A stretch of DNA of 64,000 nt from an uncultured Gammaproteobacteria bacterium (GCA_964635715.1 CAZWNZ010000002.1:10100-74099), one strand, 5' to 3'. Positions 37,421-45,524 are shown, counted from the stretch's first letter. Program-made: numbers and translations. The notes: generated by a model from the letters alone, not told the origin.

Positions 37421-37513
37421 AACAACCAATTGACAGACTCAATTTTACACTAGCTTTAAAAAAAACTCTACTCCACTGTTTGATATTTTTATTTGTAATG
37501 AAATTTAACTATA

Positions 37514-38857
37514 ATGAAATTAAATATGAAGAAAATTACAGAAATCGCAACACCACCTCCGAAGGATTTAGATCTGGAAGAAGCACTCCTTCAGGAGAAC
37601 TTACTTTTGAAAAATTCTGCGGTTCCAATTTTAACCGTTTCAGCAACCTTCAGAAAAGAACTGGCAGATAAATATCATAGTGAGATACACAGCTCGTCTC
37701 CAGATGTTGTTTTCAGCAGGGCACATTATTCCATGGCTGAAGCCGTACGTTATATGGCTGAGGAAATGAAGTTGAAGGCCCAAATGTCAGACCCAACAAA
37801 CTATGTAAGTGTAAAAAACTGGAAAAATGTAGAGTTTGTTGAGACAAGTGGGCAAATGGTTGCTAGGATCAAACTACTGAAATGGCTAAAAGATAAAGTT
37901 GATACATTTGTGAGAGGAAAACTCCCTGTTGCCGAAGCCATTCAGGAGCCTTTAGATTATTTGACTAGTGAGATTGTAAAACCAGTAGTATCCTTACATT
38001 ATGAGGTTGGAAACATATTGGCAAAGAATGGAAAAAAAGTTGTTCAAGTCGTAACCGATCCCCATGTCCGCCCTCAGTATTTAGATTGTTTACCCTCCGA
38101 CAATATTACATATGCTTTATTTGATGAAGAAACAAAAATGGATTTTGTGGCTGAGTCCAAACGTCAAAATAAAACGCTCGGAGAAAATCAGTTGATAGTT
38201 ACCGGCCCTCCGGTGGATCCTAGAATATGTAGGGTTGGAATGAACAAAAAGGTCATGAAAAAAGAAGAACCTGTCAATTTGGCAATCTGCACGGGTGGCC
38301 TTGGAACGAATTTATCTGAAATAAGAAAAGCATTGGATATACTTTCCCCTCTTCTTAAACCGCCCGAGAAAATAAGACTTTTTCTTTATGCGGGTACCCA
38401 TAAAGATTTTCGTTACTTTTTTGAAGAATTTGCCGAAAAACAAAATATTCGAGTTGGTAATTTGGATGATGAAACTGCGAGGATAAGAATTCTTTGTGAA
38501 GACTCAATTATTGATGCAAACAACAACCTTATTAAATATATGTTCCCCTGGGCTCATGGCGTTATGACTAAACCTTCAGGAGATATGGCATATGATGCGG
38601 CTGCAGCCGGGTGTTTTATGTTTTTCCTTCAGCCGTGGGGTGAATGGGAAGAAAATATCCAGAAAAGGTTTGCTAAAATGGAGATAGGTTTTGATATCGA
38701 TTTAGATAACGATGTAAAGTTTTTATTGTCAGATTGGTCTAGTAATCCGAAATTAATTCAGGCATTGGAAAATGCTCACAATTTGCCAAAACTATTCAGA
38801 GAAGGAACGAAAAATATTGTTAATCTTCAACAAAAAATTTTGAAGGAAGAATACTAA
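37514..38857 (+). CDS. GT-B glycosyltransferase, MGDG-synthase/UgtP-like (GT28 family)
   Basis: C-terminal VMTKPSGDMAYDAAAAGCFMFFLQPWGEWEENIQ parallels the UgtP/MGDG synthase ITKPGG...G.QE..NA motif. A Gly-rich ICTGGLGTN segment is in the N-terminal half. Confidence 0.45.
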   Translation: MKLNMKKITEIATPPPKDLDLEEALLQENLLLKNSAVPILTVSATFRKELADKYHSEIHSSSPDVVFSRAHYSMAEAVRYMAEEMKLKAQMSDPTNYVSVKNWKNVEFVETSGQMVARIKLLKWLKDKVDTFVRGKLPVAEAIQEPLDYLTSEIVKPVVSLHYEVGNILAKNGKKVVQVVTDPHVRPQYLDCLPSDNITYALFDEETKMDFVAESKRQNKTLGENQLIVTGPPVDPRICRVGMNKKVMKKEEPVNLAICTGGLGTNLSEIRKALDILSPLLKPPEKIRLFLYAGTHKDFRYFFEEFAEKQNIRVGNLDDETARIRILCEDSIIDANNNLIKYMFPWAHGVMTKPSGDMAYDAAAAGCFMFFLQPWGEWEENIQKRFAKMEIGFDIDLDNDVKFLLSDWSSNPKLIQALENAHNLPKLFREGTKNIVNLQQKILKEEY

Positions 38858-38881
38858 AGTGCCACGTAGCTTTAACGTAGT

Positions 38882-38957
38882 GGTGCTGAGAGTGTGAGTC
38901 GAACACACATTTGACGCTCTTCAGGCGCCCGCCGTGACCACCTTGGCTATCTCAGCG
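38882..38957 (-). tRNA. tRNA-Phe (anticodon GAA), CCA encoded
   Basis: GCTGAGA-TA-GCC...GGC-G-GGCGC-CTGAAGA-GCGTC-AAAT-GTGTG-TTCGACT-CACAC-TCTCAGC-A-CCA. The D-arm is atypical (3-bp stem, long loop). Confidence 0.65.
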
Positions 38958-39114
38958 CGAATAATCGTGAGCGATGAGAAAAGCTTTGCTTATCTCATCG
39001 CGTCGAAATGGATTTCGCTTTTAAGTTTATCGCATTAGCTTAAACTTTTCCGCTCCATCATTTCTCCTCTCAAAATTACAAAAGTAATTTTGTAATAAAC
39101 ACAATAAAAACTTG

Positions 39115-39188
39115 TGGATCCAGTAGGGTTCGAACCTACGACCTTACGGATGTAAACCGTACGCTCTAACCAACTGAGCTATGGATCC
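39115..39188 (-). tRNA. tRNA-Val (anticodon TAC)
   Basis: GGATCCA-TA-GCTC-AGTTGGTTA-GAGC-G-TACGG-TTTACAT-CCGTA-AGGTC-GTAGG-TTCGAAC-CCTAC-TGGATCC-A. Confidence 0.85.
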
Positions 39189-39195
39189 ATGTGTG

Positions 39196-39276
39196 TGCGC
39201 GGGACAGGAGTTGAACCTGCATGAGAAACCTCACACGCTCCTTAGGCGTGCGCGTATACCATTCCGCCACCCGCGC
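39196..39276 (-). tRNA. tRNA-Leu (hand-folded anticodon AAG, unusual A34)
   Basis: GCGCGGG-TG-GCG-GAATGGTATA-CGC-G-CACGC-CTAAGGA-GCGTG, a long variable arm TGAGGTTTCTCAT, then GCAGG-TTCAACT-CCTGT-CCCGCGC-A. Positions 34-36 read AAG. Confidence 0.65.
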
Positions 39277-39286
39277 CTGTAACTTG

Positions 39287-39370
39287 TGCCGGGGGCGGGA
39301 GTTGAACCCGCACGCTCTTGCGAGCACACGCTCCTGAAGCGTGCCTGTCTGCCAATTCCAGCACTCCGGC
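39287..39370 (-). tRNA. tRNA-Leu (anticodon CAG)
   Basis: GCCGGAG-TG-CTG-GAATTGGCAGA-CAG-G-CACGC-TTCAGGA-GCGTG, long variable arm, then GCGGG-TTCAACT-CCCGC-CCCCGGC-A. One A6:C67 acceptor mismatch. Confidence 0.7.
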
Positions 39371-39429
39371 AATTATATCAAATTTATGACCTTAGACTGC
39401 AACGATTCGACCAAGGATATGATTTCTTG

Positions 39430-39501
39430 TGACCTTGGGAAGAATCGAACTTCCATCTCATCCTTAGAAGGGATTTGCTCTATCCGTTGAGCTACAAGGC
39501 C
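39430..39501 (-). tRNA. tRNA-Arg (anticodon TCT)
   Basis: GGCCTTG-TA-GCTC-AACGGATA-GAGC-A-AATCC-CTTCTAA-GGATG-AGAT-GGAAG-TTCGATT-CTTCC-CAAGGTC-A. Confidence 0.75.
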
Positions 39502-39542
39502 AAGTGTAATAAGGCATTGGAGCCAACCGACAAGGTATTACC

Positions 39543-39564
39543 TTATCCGTTGAGCTACAAGGCC
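39543..39564 (-). repeat. Partial copy of the tRNA-Arg(TCT) 5' end (~22-24 nt), no T-arm
   Basis: Minus strand GGCCTTGTAGCTCAACGGATAA lies 42 nt upstream of the intact tRNA. A weaker 3'-end-like fragment (tgaccttagactgcaacgattcgaccaagg) is at ~39386-39420. Confidence 0.55.
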
Positions 39565-39647
39565 AGTTTATAGGTGACTTATTTTATCACGAGGCACGCT
39601 CTTTTGCTAAACGGATTACACTTAGATAAAAAAATGAAGTCAAAAAA

Positions 39648-39965
39648 TTAAATAAATTTGTTTAATTTAATCTCGCTAAGGATTTTGCATGGCTCAACGA
39701 TTTTAGGATCAGCTAGTTTATAAAAAATATTCTTTCCATCTCTTCTGGCTTCAACGATGCCTACATATCTAAGATAAGCAAGGTGTTGGGATGTGTTTGA
39801 TTTCCTAGTTCCGAGTTCTTTTGAAATATCATTAACTGTAACTTCCTTATCTTTGATAATATTCAGGATTTCAAGTCTTTTAGGATTAGACATCACTTTG
39901 AATAGTTCGGAGCATTTTCTGTAGAAATCTTTACTGTGTGATTTTTTGGTTATATTTTTTGCCAT
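39648..39965 (-). CDS. ArsR/SmtB-family HTH transcriptional regulator
   Basis: LFKVMSNPKRLEILNIIKDKEVTVNDISKELGTRKSNTSQHLAYLRYVGIV is a winged HTH of the ArsR type. Start chosen at MAKNITKK (39965); the ORF track gives 40013. Confidence 0.7.
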   Translation of the reverse strand: MAKNITKKSHSKDFYRKCSELFKVMSNPKRLEILNIIKDKEVTVNDISKELGTRKSNTSQHLAYLRYVGIVEARRDGKNIFYKLADPKIVEPCKILSEIKLNKFI

Positions 39966-40036
39966 ATTTAAGTCTGTAAAAATACATTCTAATACTCTTT
40001 CAAATTTTGTCAAATGCCTGATAGAATGAATTACTC

Positions 40037-41437
40037 ATGAAAAAAATTTTTGGATTTATTTTATACATATTTATAATTTTACTTTCACCAGACTGTGTTT
40101 TTGCTGAGAACAAACCTCTTGAGGTTCAGAATAACATTTTTGGTATACATATAACTAACGAAAATGATCTAAAGGAGGCGGCTATTCTAGTTAACTCATC
40201 CGGTGGTGATTGGGGTTATGTGACATTTGTGATAACAGAGTCGGAACGCGATTATAATCGCTGGCAAAATGCATTTGATGAGGCCAGGCGTCTTCATTTA
40301 ATTCCAATCGTTAGAATTGCATCTAAATTAGACGGCGGAAACTGGGCTATTCCCCAATATGAGGAAATAAACAATTGGGTAGCCTTTTTAAATTCTCTAA
40401 ACTGGGTGATTGAAAACAGATATGTAATAATTGGAAATGAACCAAATCATGCGAAAGAATGGGGCGGAAATGTCGATCCTGAAGCTTATGCCACATATTT
40501 ATCATCCTTTTCCCAAAAACTAAATGAAGCTTCTCCTGAGTTTTTTGTTCTACCTGCCGGAATGGATGCTTCCTGCGGAAATACAAAATTAACAATGGAA
40601 GAAGGTGTTTTTATCAGAAAAATGATTCTTGCGGAACCCAATCTTTTTGAAAATCTGGACGGTTGGACATCTCATTCCTACCCTAACCCGGATTTTGCCG
40701 GCGAGGCTACTGATACAGGAAAAGGTTCAATATCCACATTTATATGGGAACTCGATCTCTTGCATTCGCTAGGAATCTATAAAGAGCTACCTGTTTTTAT
40801 TACGGAAACGGGGTGGTCAGTTAAGAATGTTGATCCTGAGAAAATTGCAGATATGTATGAATATGCATTCCAAAATGTATGGAATGATAAACGTATAGTT
40901 GCCGTAACACCATTTATTTTAAATTACAAAGATGACCTTTTTTCTGAATTTTCCTGGAAAAAAGACGACAATTCGTACCATTCATTTTATGAAAAATATA
41001 AAAACATTTCTAAAACTGCAGGCAAACCGATTCAAAAAGAGAGCGGACAAATTATTGGTGCTTTGGCACAACCTGTCGTTTTTACAAAATCAGACTTTAT
41101 CGGTGCTGTTTGGGCTAGAAATACAGGACAAACTATTTGGAGCACAAATAATATAAGGTTGACGAGCGATAACTTGGACTTAAATTTTAAAAATAATCTG
41201 CTTTTTGATATCGAACCGATTAAAACAGGCTTAATCGTCTTTAAGGCCACTTCAGAACAAGACAAAGGCGTTTTACTGAAATCAATATACATAGCAAATA
41301 GTGACGGTGAAAGAATTACCAATAGTTTTCCTATTGAGTTTTTAATAGTTAAAGGAGACAAGACTCAAATGCAGAGCGCTGTTGTTAAGTTTGGAGAATA
41401 CTTGCAAAATTCATTTAATCTAAACTTTAGTGAGTGA
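40037..41437 (+). CDS. Secreted glycoside hydrolase, clan GH-A (GH5-like TIM barrel) with a C-terminal beta-rich domain
   Basis: Signal peptide, IIGNEPN (acid/base Glu) and FITETGW (nucleophile Glu) motifs. About 466 aa. Confidence 0.5.
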   Translation: MKKIFGFILYIFIILLSPDCVFAENKPLEVQNNIFGIHITNENDLKEAAILVNSSGGDWGYVTFVITESERDYNRWQNAFDEARRLHLIPIVRIASKLDGGNWAIPQYEEINNWVAFLNSLNWVIENRYVIIGNEPNHAKEWGGNVDPEAYATYLSSFSQKLNEASPEFFVLPAGMDASCGNTKLTMEEGVFIRKMILAEPNLFENLDGWTSHSYPNPDFAGEATDTGKGSISTFIWELDLLHSLGIYKELPVFITETGWSVKNVDPEKIADMYEYAFQNVWNDKRIVAVTPFILNYKDDLFSEFSWKKDDNSYHSFYEKYKNISKTAGKPIQKESGQIIGALAQPVVFTKSDFIGAVWARNTGQTIWSTNNIRLTSDNLDLNFKNNLLFDIEPIKTGLIVFKATSEQDKGVLLKSIYIANSDGERITNSFPIEFLIVKGDKTQMQSAVVKFGEYLQNSFNLNFSE

Positions 41438-41506
41438 GCCCAGATGGATTCGAACCATCGACCTTTTCCTTAAGAGGGAATTGCTCTACCGCTGAGCTAT
41501 GGGCCC
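41435..41506 (-). tRNA. tRNA-Lys (anticodon CTT)
   Basis: GGGCCCA-TA-GCTC-AGCGGTA-GAGC-A-ATTCC-CTCTTAA-GGAAA-AGGTC-GATGG-TTCGAAT-CCATC-TGGGCTC-A. The 3' end abuts the GH gene stop codon. Confidence 0.8.
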
Positions 41507-41535
41507 TAGAATAGGCATATTCTAACACTTTTGGA

Positions 41536-42378
41536 TTACTTACTCCACCTCGCCCAGATGCCGGTGGAAAGAAGACGGCCGCCTGAGGTTTCTTTTAGAG
41601 TTAATTCTCCATTTTCAATATTGCCTCCAAACGATCCGAAATAATCATTTAAAGTATTTGCAAGAGTGATTGAGGAGCTTGAAATTGCATAGGCATTGGC
41701 CAAGACAAAAAGAGGGCTATCCGACATTAGCTTTTGGCAATTGGTAAGAAGTTTGGGGAAATCGCGGTTAAAATCCCAAACTTCACCTGTTGGTCCGTGT
41801 CCATATGCAGGCGGATCCATGATAATAGCATCATATTTGATTCCTCTTTTGATCTCTCTTTGAGTAAATTTCAAAGCATCGTCTATTATCCATCTGATTG
41901 GCCAATTTTCATCGTTTAGTGCACGATTTTCATTTGCCCAAGTAATTGCCGGTTTACTGGAGTCAACGTGAGTTACTTTTGCGCCAGCCTTTGCCGCAAA
42001 AAGACTTGCAATTCCTGTGTAACCAAAAAGATTAAGAACAGTTATTGGTCTTTGGTTATTGGTTATTTGGATATTGATATAATCCCATTGAGTTGCCTGT
42101 TCGGGGAAAATCCCCGTATGTTTAAAGGGAGTCAGCTTGGCATAAAATTTAGTTCCTTCATGGTTTAAAACCCATTTTTCCGGAATCTTGCTTTTTACAT
42201 TCCATGTTCCTTTATCTTCCGTAATCCTTTTAAAATACGCGTCAGCTTTTTGCCAATCGGCTTCCGGCAAAATCTTTTTCCAAATGATTTGGGGGTCCGG
42301 TCTATCTAAAACATAACTACCCCAACGTTCCAAACGCCTTCCTCCGCCACTATCCATTAATTCATAGAAATTATTCAT
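41536..42378 (-). CDS. Class I SAM-dependent RNA methyltransferase (RlmI/RlmK-like)
   Basis: Rossmann fold with FGYTGIASLFAAKAGAKVTHVD (motif I) and IIMDPPAY (motif IV, DPPY-type). Confidence 0.55.
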   Translation of the reverse strand: MNNFYELMDSGGGRRLERWGSYVLDRPDPQIIWKKILPEADWQKADAYFKRITEDKGTWNVKSKIPEKWVLNHEGTKFYAKLTPFKHTGIFPEQATQWDYINIQITNNQRPITVLNLFGYTGIASLFAAKAGAKVTHVDSSKPAITWANENRALNDENWPIRWIIDDALKFTQREIKRGIKYDAIIMDPPAYGHGPTGEVWDFNRDFPKLLTNCQKLMSDSPLFVLANAYAISSSSITLANTLNDYFGSFGGNIENGELTLKETSGGRLLSTGIWARWSK

Positions 42379-42385
42379 ATAGTAT

Positions 42386-43462
42386 TTATAAGAACCTTAT
42401 TTGCATCCCTTCCTGAATTTTTGTATCAAACGACATTTCCTGGCCGGGAAACTTAGCACCCGTTCCCCAAATTTTAACAACCTTTTTGCTAGCAGCAAAA
42501 TCCGGACCGATTTTTTCTGCGACATTTTTTAATGTATCCCCTTCTTTCATTATAATCGGACTTCCTTTTCCGATTTCCTCCTCCGGTTTAACTAAGTAAA
42601 CTGTAACAAACCTCAGAGCTTTCCACATCTCCTTAATTAATTCATCGATTCCGACGCCTTTGTCTGCACTAATTGCTACATATTCTCCGTCGATCTGATC
42701 TTTATAGTTTGGTTCCTCATCAACTTTATTTACTACCCAAATTGTCGGAATATACGCACGATTTTGACTAAATGCATCAAAAAGCCTTTCCATTGTAATA
42801 TTTTCCTGTAGAGTAATGGTTCCATTATTAATGCCGTATTCACGGGCAATATCTTTTATCGTTTCCTTATCTATATCCTGTTTGATATTTGAAAATACAT
42901 CAAGTCCCCCGCTTATTTTTTTCTCAATGATAACTTTAGGAGGTTCTTCATTAATCCTAATTCCTGCTCCAATAAGTTCATTCACCATACCGGCAAAGGC
43001 AGGCACTCTTTTAACATCGGTCATAACAATTAGAAGATCAGCACCTCTGGCAACTGACAAAACTTCCTTTCCTCTTCCTTTTCCTTCTTTGGCACCGGTA
43101 ATAAGACCCGGGATGTCCAAAATCTGAATATATGCTTCGTTGTATTTAAGCATGCCCGGAATAACTGTAACGGTAGTAAATGCGTAAGGTGCAACCTTGC
43201 TTTCAGCATTAGTTAACTTATTTATTAAAGTAGATTTTCCCGCTGAAGGTGGACCTATCAGAACAACTGTGGCGTCTCCCTGTTTCTTAACTTGATAACC
43301 ACCTCCCCCACCACCTTTTTTCCCAGCCTGTTCGATTTCGCGATCCTTCAGCCTTGAAATTTTGGCACGCATGGCTCCAATAAAACCGTTTGTGGCCTTA
43401 TGGTGAGGAGTTTTTCTTAATGTCTCTTCAATTTGTTCAATTTGTTCGTCAATCGTCATCAT
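42386..43462 (-). CDS. DRG-family (Obg-like, archaeo-eukaryotic type) GTPase with a C-terminal TGS domain
   Basis: ...KKGGGGGGYQVKKQGDATVVLIGPPSAGKSTLINKLT... matches the DRG/Rbg1 glycine-rich G1 region. A TGS-like C-terminus follows (GDTLKNVAEKIGPDFAASKKVVKIWG). Confidence 0.65.
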   Translation of the reverse strand: MMTIDEQIEQIEETLRKTPHHKATNGFIGAMRAKISRLKDREIEQAGKKGGGGGGYQVKKQGDATVVLIGPPSAGKSTLINKLTNAESKVAPYAFTTVTVIPGMLKYNEAYIQILDIPGLITGAKEGKGRGKEVLSVARGADLLIVMTDVKRVPAFAGMVNELIGAGIRINEEPPKVIIEKKISGGLDVFSNIKQDIDKETIKDIAREYGINNGTITLQENITMERLFDAFSQNRAYIPTIWVVNKVDEEPNYKDQIDGEYVAISADKGVGIDELIKEMWKALRFVTVYLVKPEEEIGKGSPIIMKEGDTLKNVAEKIGPDFAASKKVVKIWGTGAKFPGQEMSFDTKIQEGMQIRFL

Positions 43463-43497
43463 TTCGAGTATAATTATACCTGAATTCGAAACAATTC

Positions 43498-43571
43498 GCG
43501 CCTGTGGCCTAACGGATAGGGCACCAGTCTTCGGAACTGGGTTTGTAGAGGTTCGATTCCTCTCAGGCGCA
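43498..43571 (+). tRNA. tRNA-Arg (anticodon TCG)
   Basis: GCGCCTG-TG-GCCT-AACGGATA-GGGC-A-CCAGT-CTTCGGA-ACTGG-GTTTGT-AGAGG-TTCGATT-CCTCT-CAGGCGC-A. Confidence 0.75.
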
Positions 43572-43626
43572 CAACAATTTAACCATTGACACCCCTTCCC
43601 TTAAGTGTGATATAAAGAGTTCCAAG

Positions 43627-45231
43627 GTGAAGTATATTATTGTTTCCGGCGGTGTTCTTTCCGGCCTTGGCAAAGGCATCACTGCTGCCTCTCTCGGACT
43701 TCTTCTTCAGTCTCGCGGCTACAAAGTAACAATTATGAAATGTGATATGTACCTCAATATTGATGCCGGTACTATGAACCCTCTAGAACATGGTGAAGTT
43801 TTTGTTACAGGAGATGGATTGGAAACTGATCAGGACCTGGGACATTATGAAAGATTTTTGAATATTGACTTGACCCGTGCCAATTACATGACCAATGGGC
43901 AAATTTATCAATATGTTTTAGATAAAGAAAGGGCTTTGGAATACGGTGGAAAATGTGTTGAACCATATCATCATATTCCTCCTGAGATTATTAATCGTTG
44001 GGAGGAGGCAGGTCATGCACACAATGCTGACATTACGATTGTTGAATTTGGCGGGACTGTGGGAGAATATGAAGGTCTTTTGTTTTTTGAGGCTTTCAGG
44101 CGTTTAAAACTTACTAAACCAAAGGATGTTATTTTAATTCATGTTGGATATCTCCCTGCACCGGGAAACATCGGAGAACTTAAAAGTAAACCAATTCAGC
44201 AATCAATCTCTACTCTTAATTCCTTGGGTATTATGCCCGACTTTGTTGTAGGACGTGCCGAAAAACCAGTTGATGACAAAAGAAAAGAAAAAATAGCACT
44301 AGCTTCCGGTTTACCAATAGAAAATATAATTAGTAATCCTGATTTGGATTCGGTTTATAAGGTTCCGCTATTTCTTGCAAAAGAAAGACTTGATATCAAA
44401 GTTCTCAAAAAACTTGGATTAAAAACAAACAAACTCAATATCGATAAATGGAAAGACATGGTTGCCAAAGTTAATAAAAATAAAGACAGAACTATAAAAA
44501 TCGCGATTGTCGGCAAATATCAGAAAAGCGGTGACTATATACTCCAAGATTCATATGTAAGCGTTGTAGAGGCATTAAGACATGCCTCAGCACATTCAGG
44601 AATTGGTGTCGAGATAAGCTGGATTGATTCTGAGGATCCAAAAATGGACCTTTCTGAAATGGATGGGATTCTTGTTCCCCAAGGCTGGGGAAAGCGTGGA
44701 ATAAATGGAAAAGTACGTGCCATTAAATACGCACGTGAGCACAATATTCCCTATCTTGGACTATGTTTTGGTATGCAAATGGCTGTGATTGAATTTGCAA
44801 GAGATGTTTTGGGCTTCAAAGATGCTAATACTGAAGAAGCAGAAGACGGTACAAAACACCCCGTGATTCACACAATGGACTATCAAAAAGAACTTATTAA
44901 AAATAAACAATTTGGTGGAACTATACGTTTAGGCGCCTGGCCTTTAAAGATTAAAAAAGGTTCAAAACTTGAAAAGATTTATGGCAAAGATTTAGTTTTG
45001 ACCGAACGTCACAGGCATAGATATGAATTCAATAATAAATATAGGGAGATTTTTGAAAAACACGGACTCAAAGTTGCAGGTACTTCACCCGATGGAAAAT
45101 TGGTCGAAGCAATTGAAATTCCAACTCTTAAATTCTTTATTGGAACACAATATCATCCTGAGTATATTAGCCGTGCTCTCAAGCCTCATCCTATTTTTGT
45201 AGAATTTCTTAAGGCTGCTACAAATAAATAA
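43627..45231 (+). CDS. pyrG: CTP synthase
   Basis: MKYIIVSGGVLSGLGKGITAASLG synthetase domain and a GATase domain with GLCFGMQ. Confidence 0.9.
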   Translation: MKYIIVSGGVLSGLGKGITAASLGLLLQSRGYKVTIMKCDMYLNIDAGTMNPLEHGEVFVTGDGLETDQDLGHYERFLNIDLTRANYMTNGQIYQYVLDKERALEYGGKCVEPYHHIPPEIINRWEEAGHAHNADITIVEFGGTVGEYEGLLFFEAFRRLKLTKPKDVILIHVGYLPAPGNIGELKSKPIQQSISTLNSLGIMPDFVVGRAEKPVDDKRKEKIALASGLPIENIISNPDLDSVYKVPLFLAKERLDIKVLKKLGLKTNKLNIDKWKDMVAKVNKNKDRTIKIAIVGKYQKSGDYILQDSYVSVVEALRHASAHSGIGVEISWIDSEDPKMDLSEMDGILVPQGWGKRGINGKVRAIKYAREHNIPYLGLCFGMQMAVIEFARDVLGFKDANTEEAEDGTKHPVIHTMDYQKELIKNKQFGGTIRLGAWPLKIKKGSKLEKIYGKDLVLTERHRHRYEFNNKYREIFEKHGLKVAGTSPDGKLVEAIEIPTLKFFIGTQYHPEYISRALKPHPIFVEFLKAATNK

Positions 45232-45232
45232 G

Positions 45233-45305
45233 TCGGAGTGCCCGGATTCGAACCGGGGACCTCCACGTCCCAAACGTGGCGCTCTACCATCTGAGCCACA
45301 CTCCG
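45233..45305 (-). tRNA. tRNA-Pro (anticodon TGG)
   Basis: CGGAGTG-TG-GCTC-AGATGGTA-GAGC-G-CCACG-TTTGGGA-CGTGG-AGGTC-CCCGG-TTCGAAT-CCGGG-CACTCCG-A. C1:G72 fits Pro. Confidence 0.85.
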
Positions 45306-45392
45306 TGGTGCCGAGGGCGGGACTCGGACCCGCATGAGTTATGCACTCGAGGGCTCTTAAGGCCCTTGCGTATACCATTTCGCCACCTCGGC
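45306..45392 (-). tRNA. tRNA-Leu (anticodon TAA), CCA encoded
   Basis: GCCGAGG-TG-GCG-AAATGGTATA-CGC-A-AGGGC-CTTAAGA-GCCCT, long variable arm, then GCGGG-TCCGAGT-CCCGC-CCTCGGC-A-CCA. Its 3' CCA abuts the tRNA-Pro 5' end with no spacer. Confidence 0.7.
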
Positions 45393-45435
45393 TTAACATG
45401 TGTATTTTAACATTTTTTTGATATAATTTACTTTG

Positions 45436-45506
45436 TATTTGAAAAGCGGGATTAGTTAATCGGCTTAACGACAGCTTTCCAAGCTGTGAAGAGGGGTTCG
45501 ACTCCC
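45436..45506 (+). tRNA. tRNA-Gly (anticodon TCC)
   Basis: GCGGGAT-TA-GTTA-ATCGGCT-TAAC-G-ACAGC-TTTCCAA-GCTGT-GAAG-AGGGG-TTCGACT-CCCCT-ATCCCGC-T. Confidence 0.8.
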
Positions 45507-45524
45507 CTATCCCGCTCTGAACGA

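Noticed and set aside
37245-37671. ORF-track proteins 37245-37433 and 37270-37671 (+)
   Set aside because: They are translations across tRNA-Gly(GCC) and its 5' pseudo-copy and have no coding signal.
38982-39012. Hairpin GCGATGAGA-N13-TCTCATCGC between tRNA-Phe and tRNA-Val as a terminator
   Set aside because: No U-run follows on either strand. More likely a tRNA-precursor processing or stability structure, so it is not called as a feature.
39166-39372. ORF 39166-39372 (-), 68 aa
   Set aside because: It spans three tRNA genes (Val-TAC, Leu-AAG, Leu-CAG).
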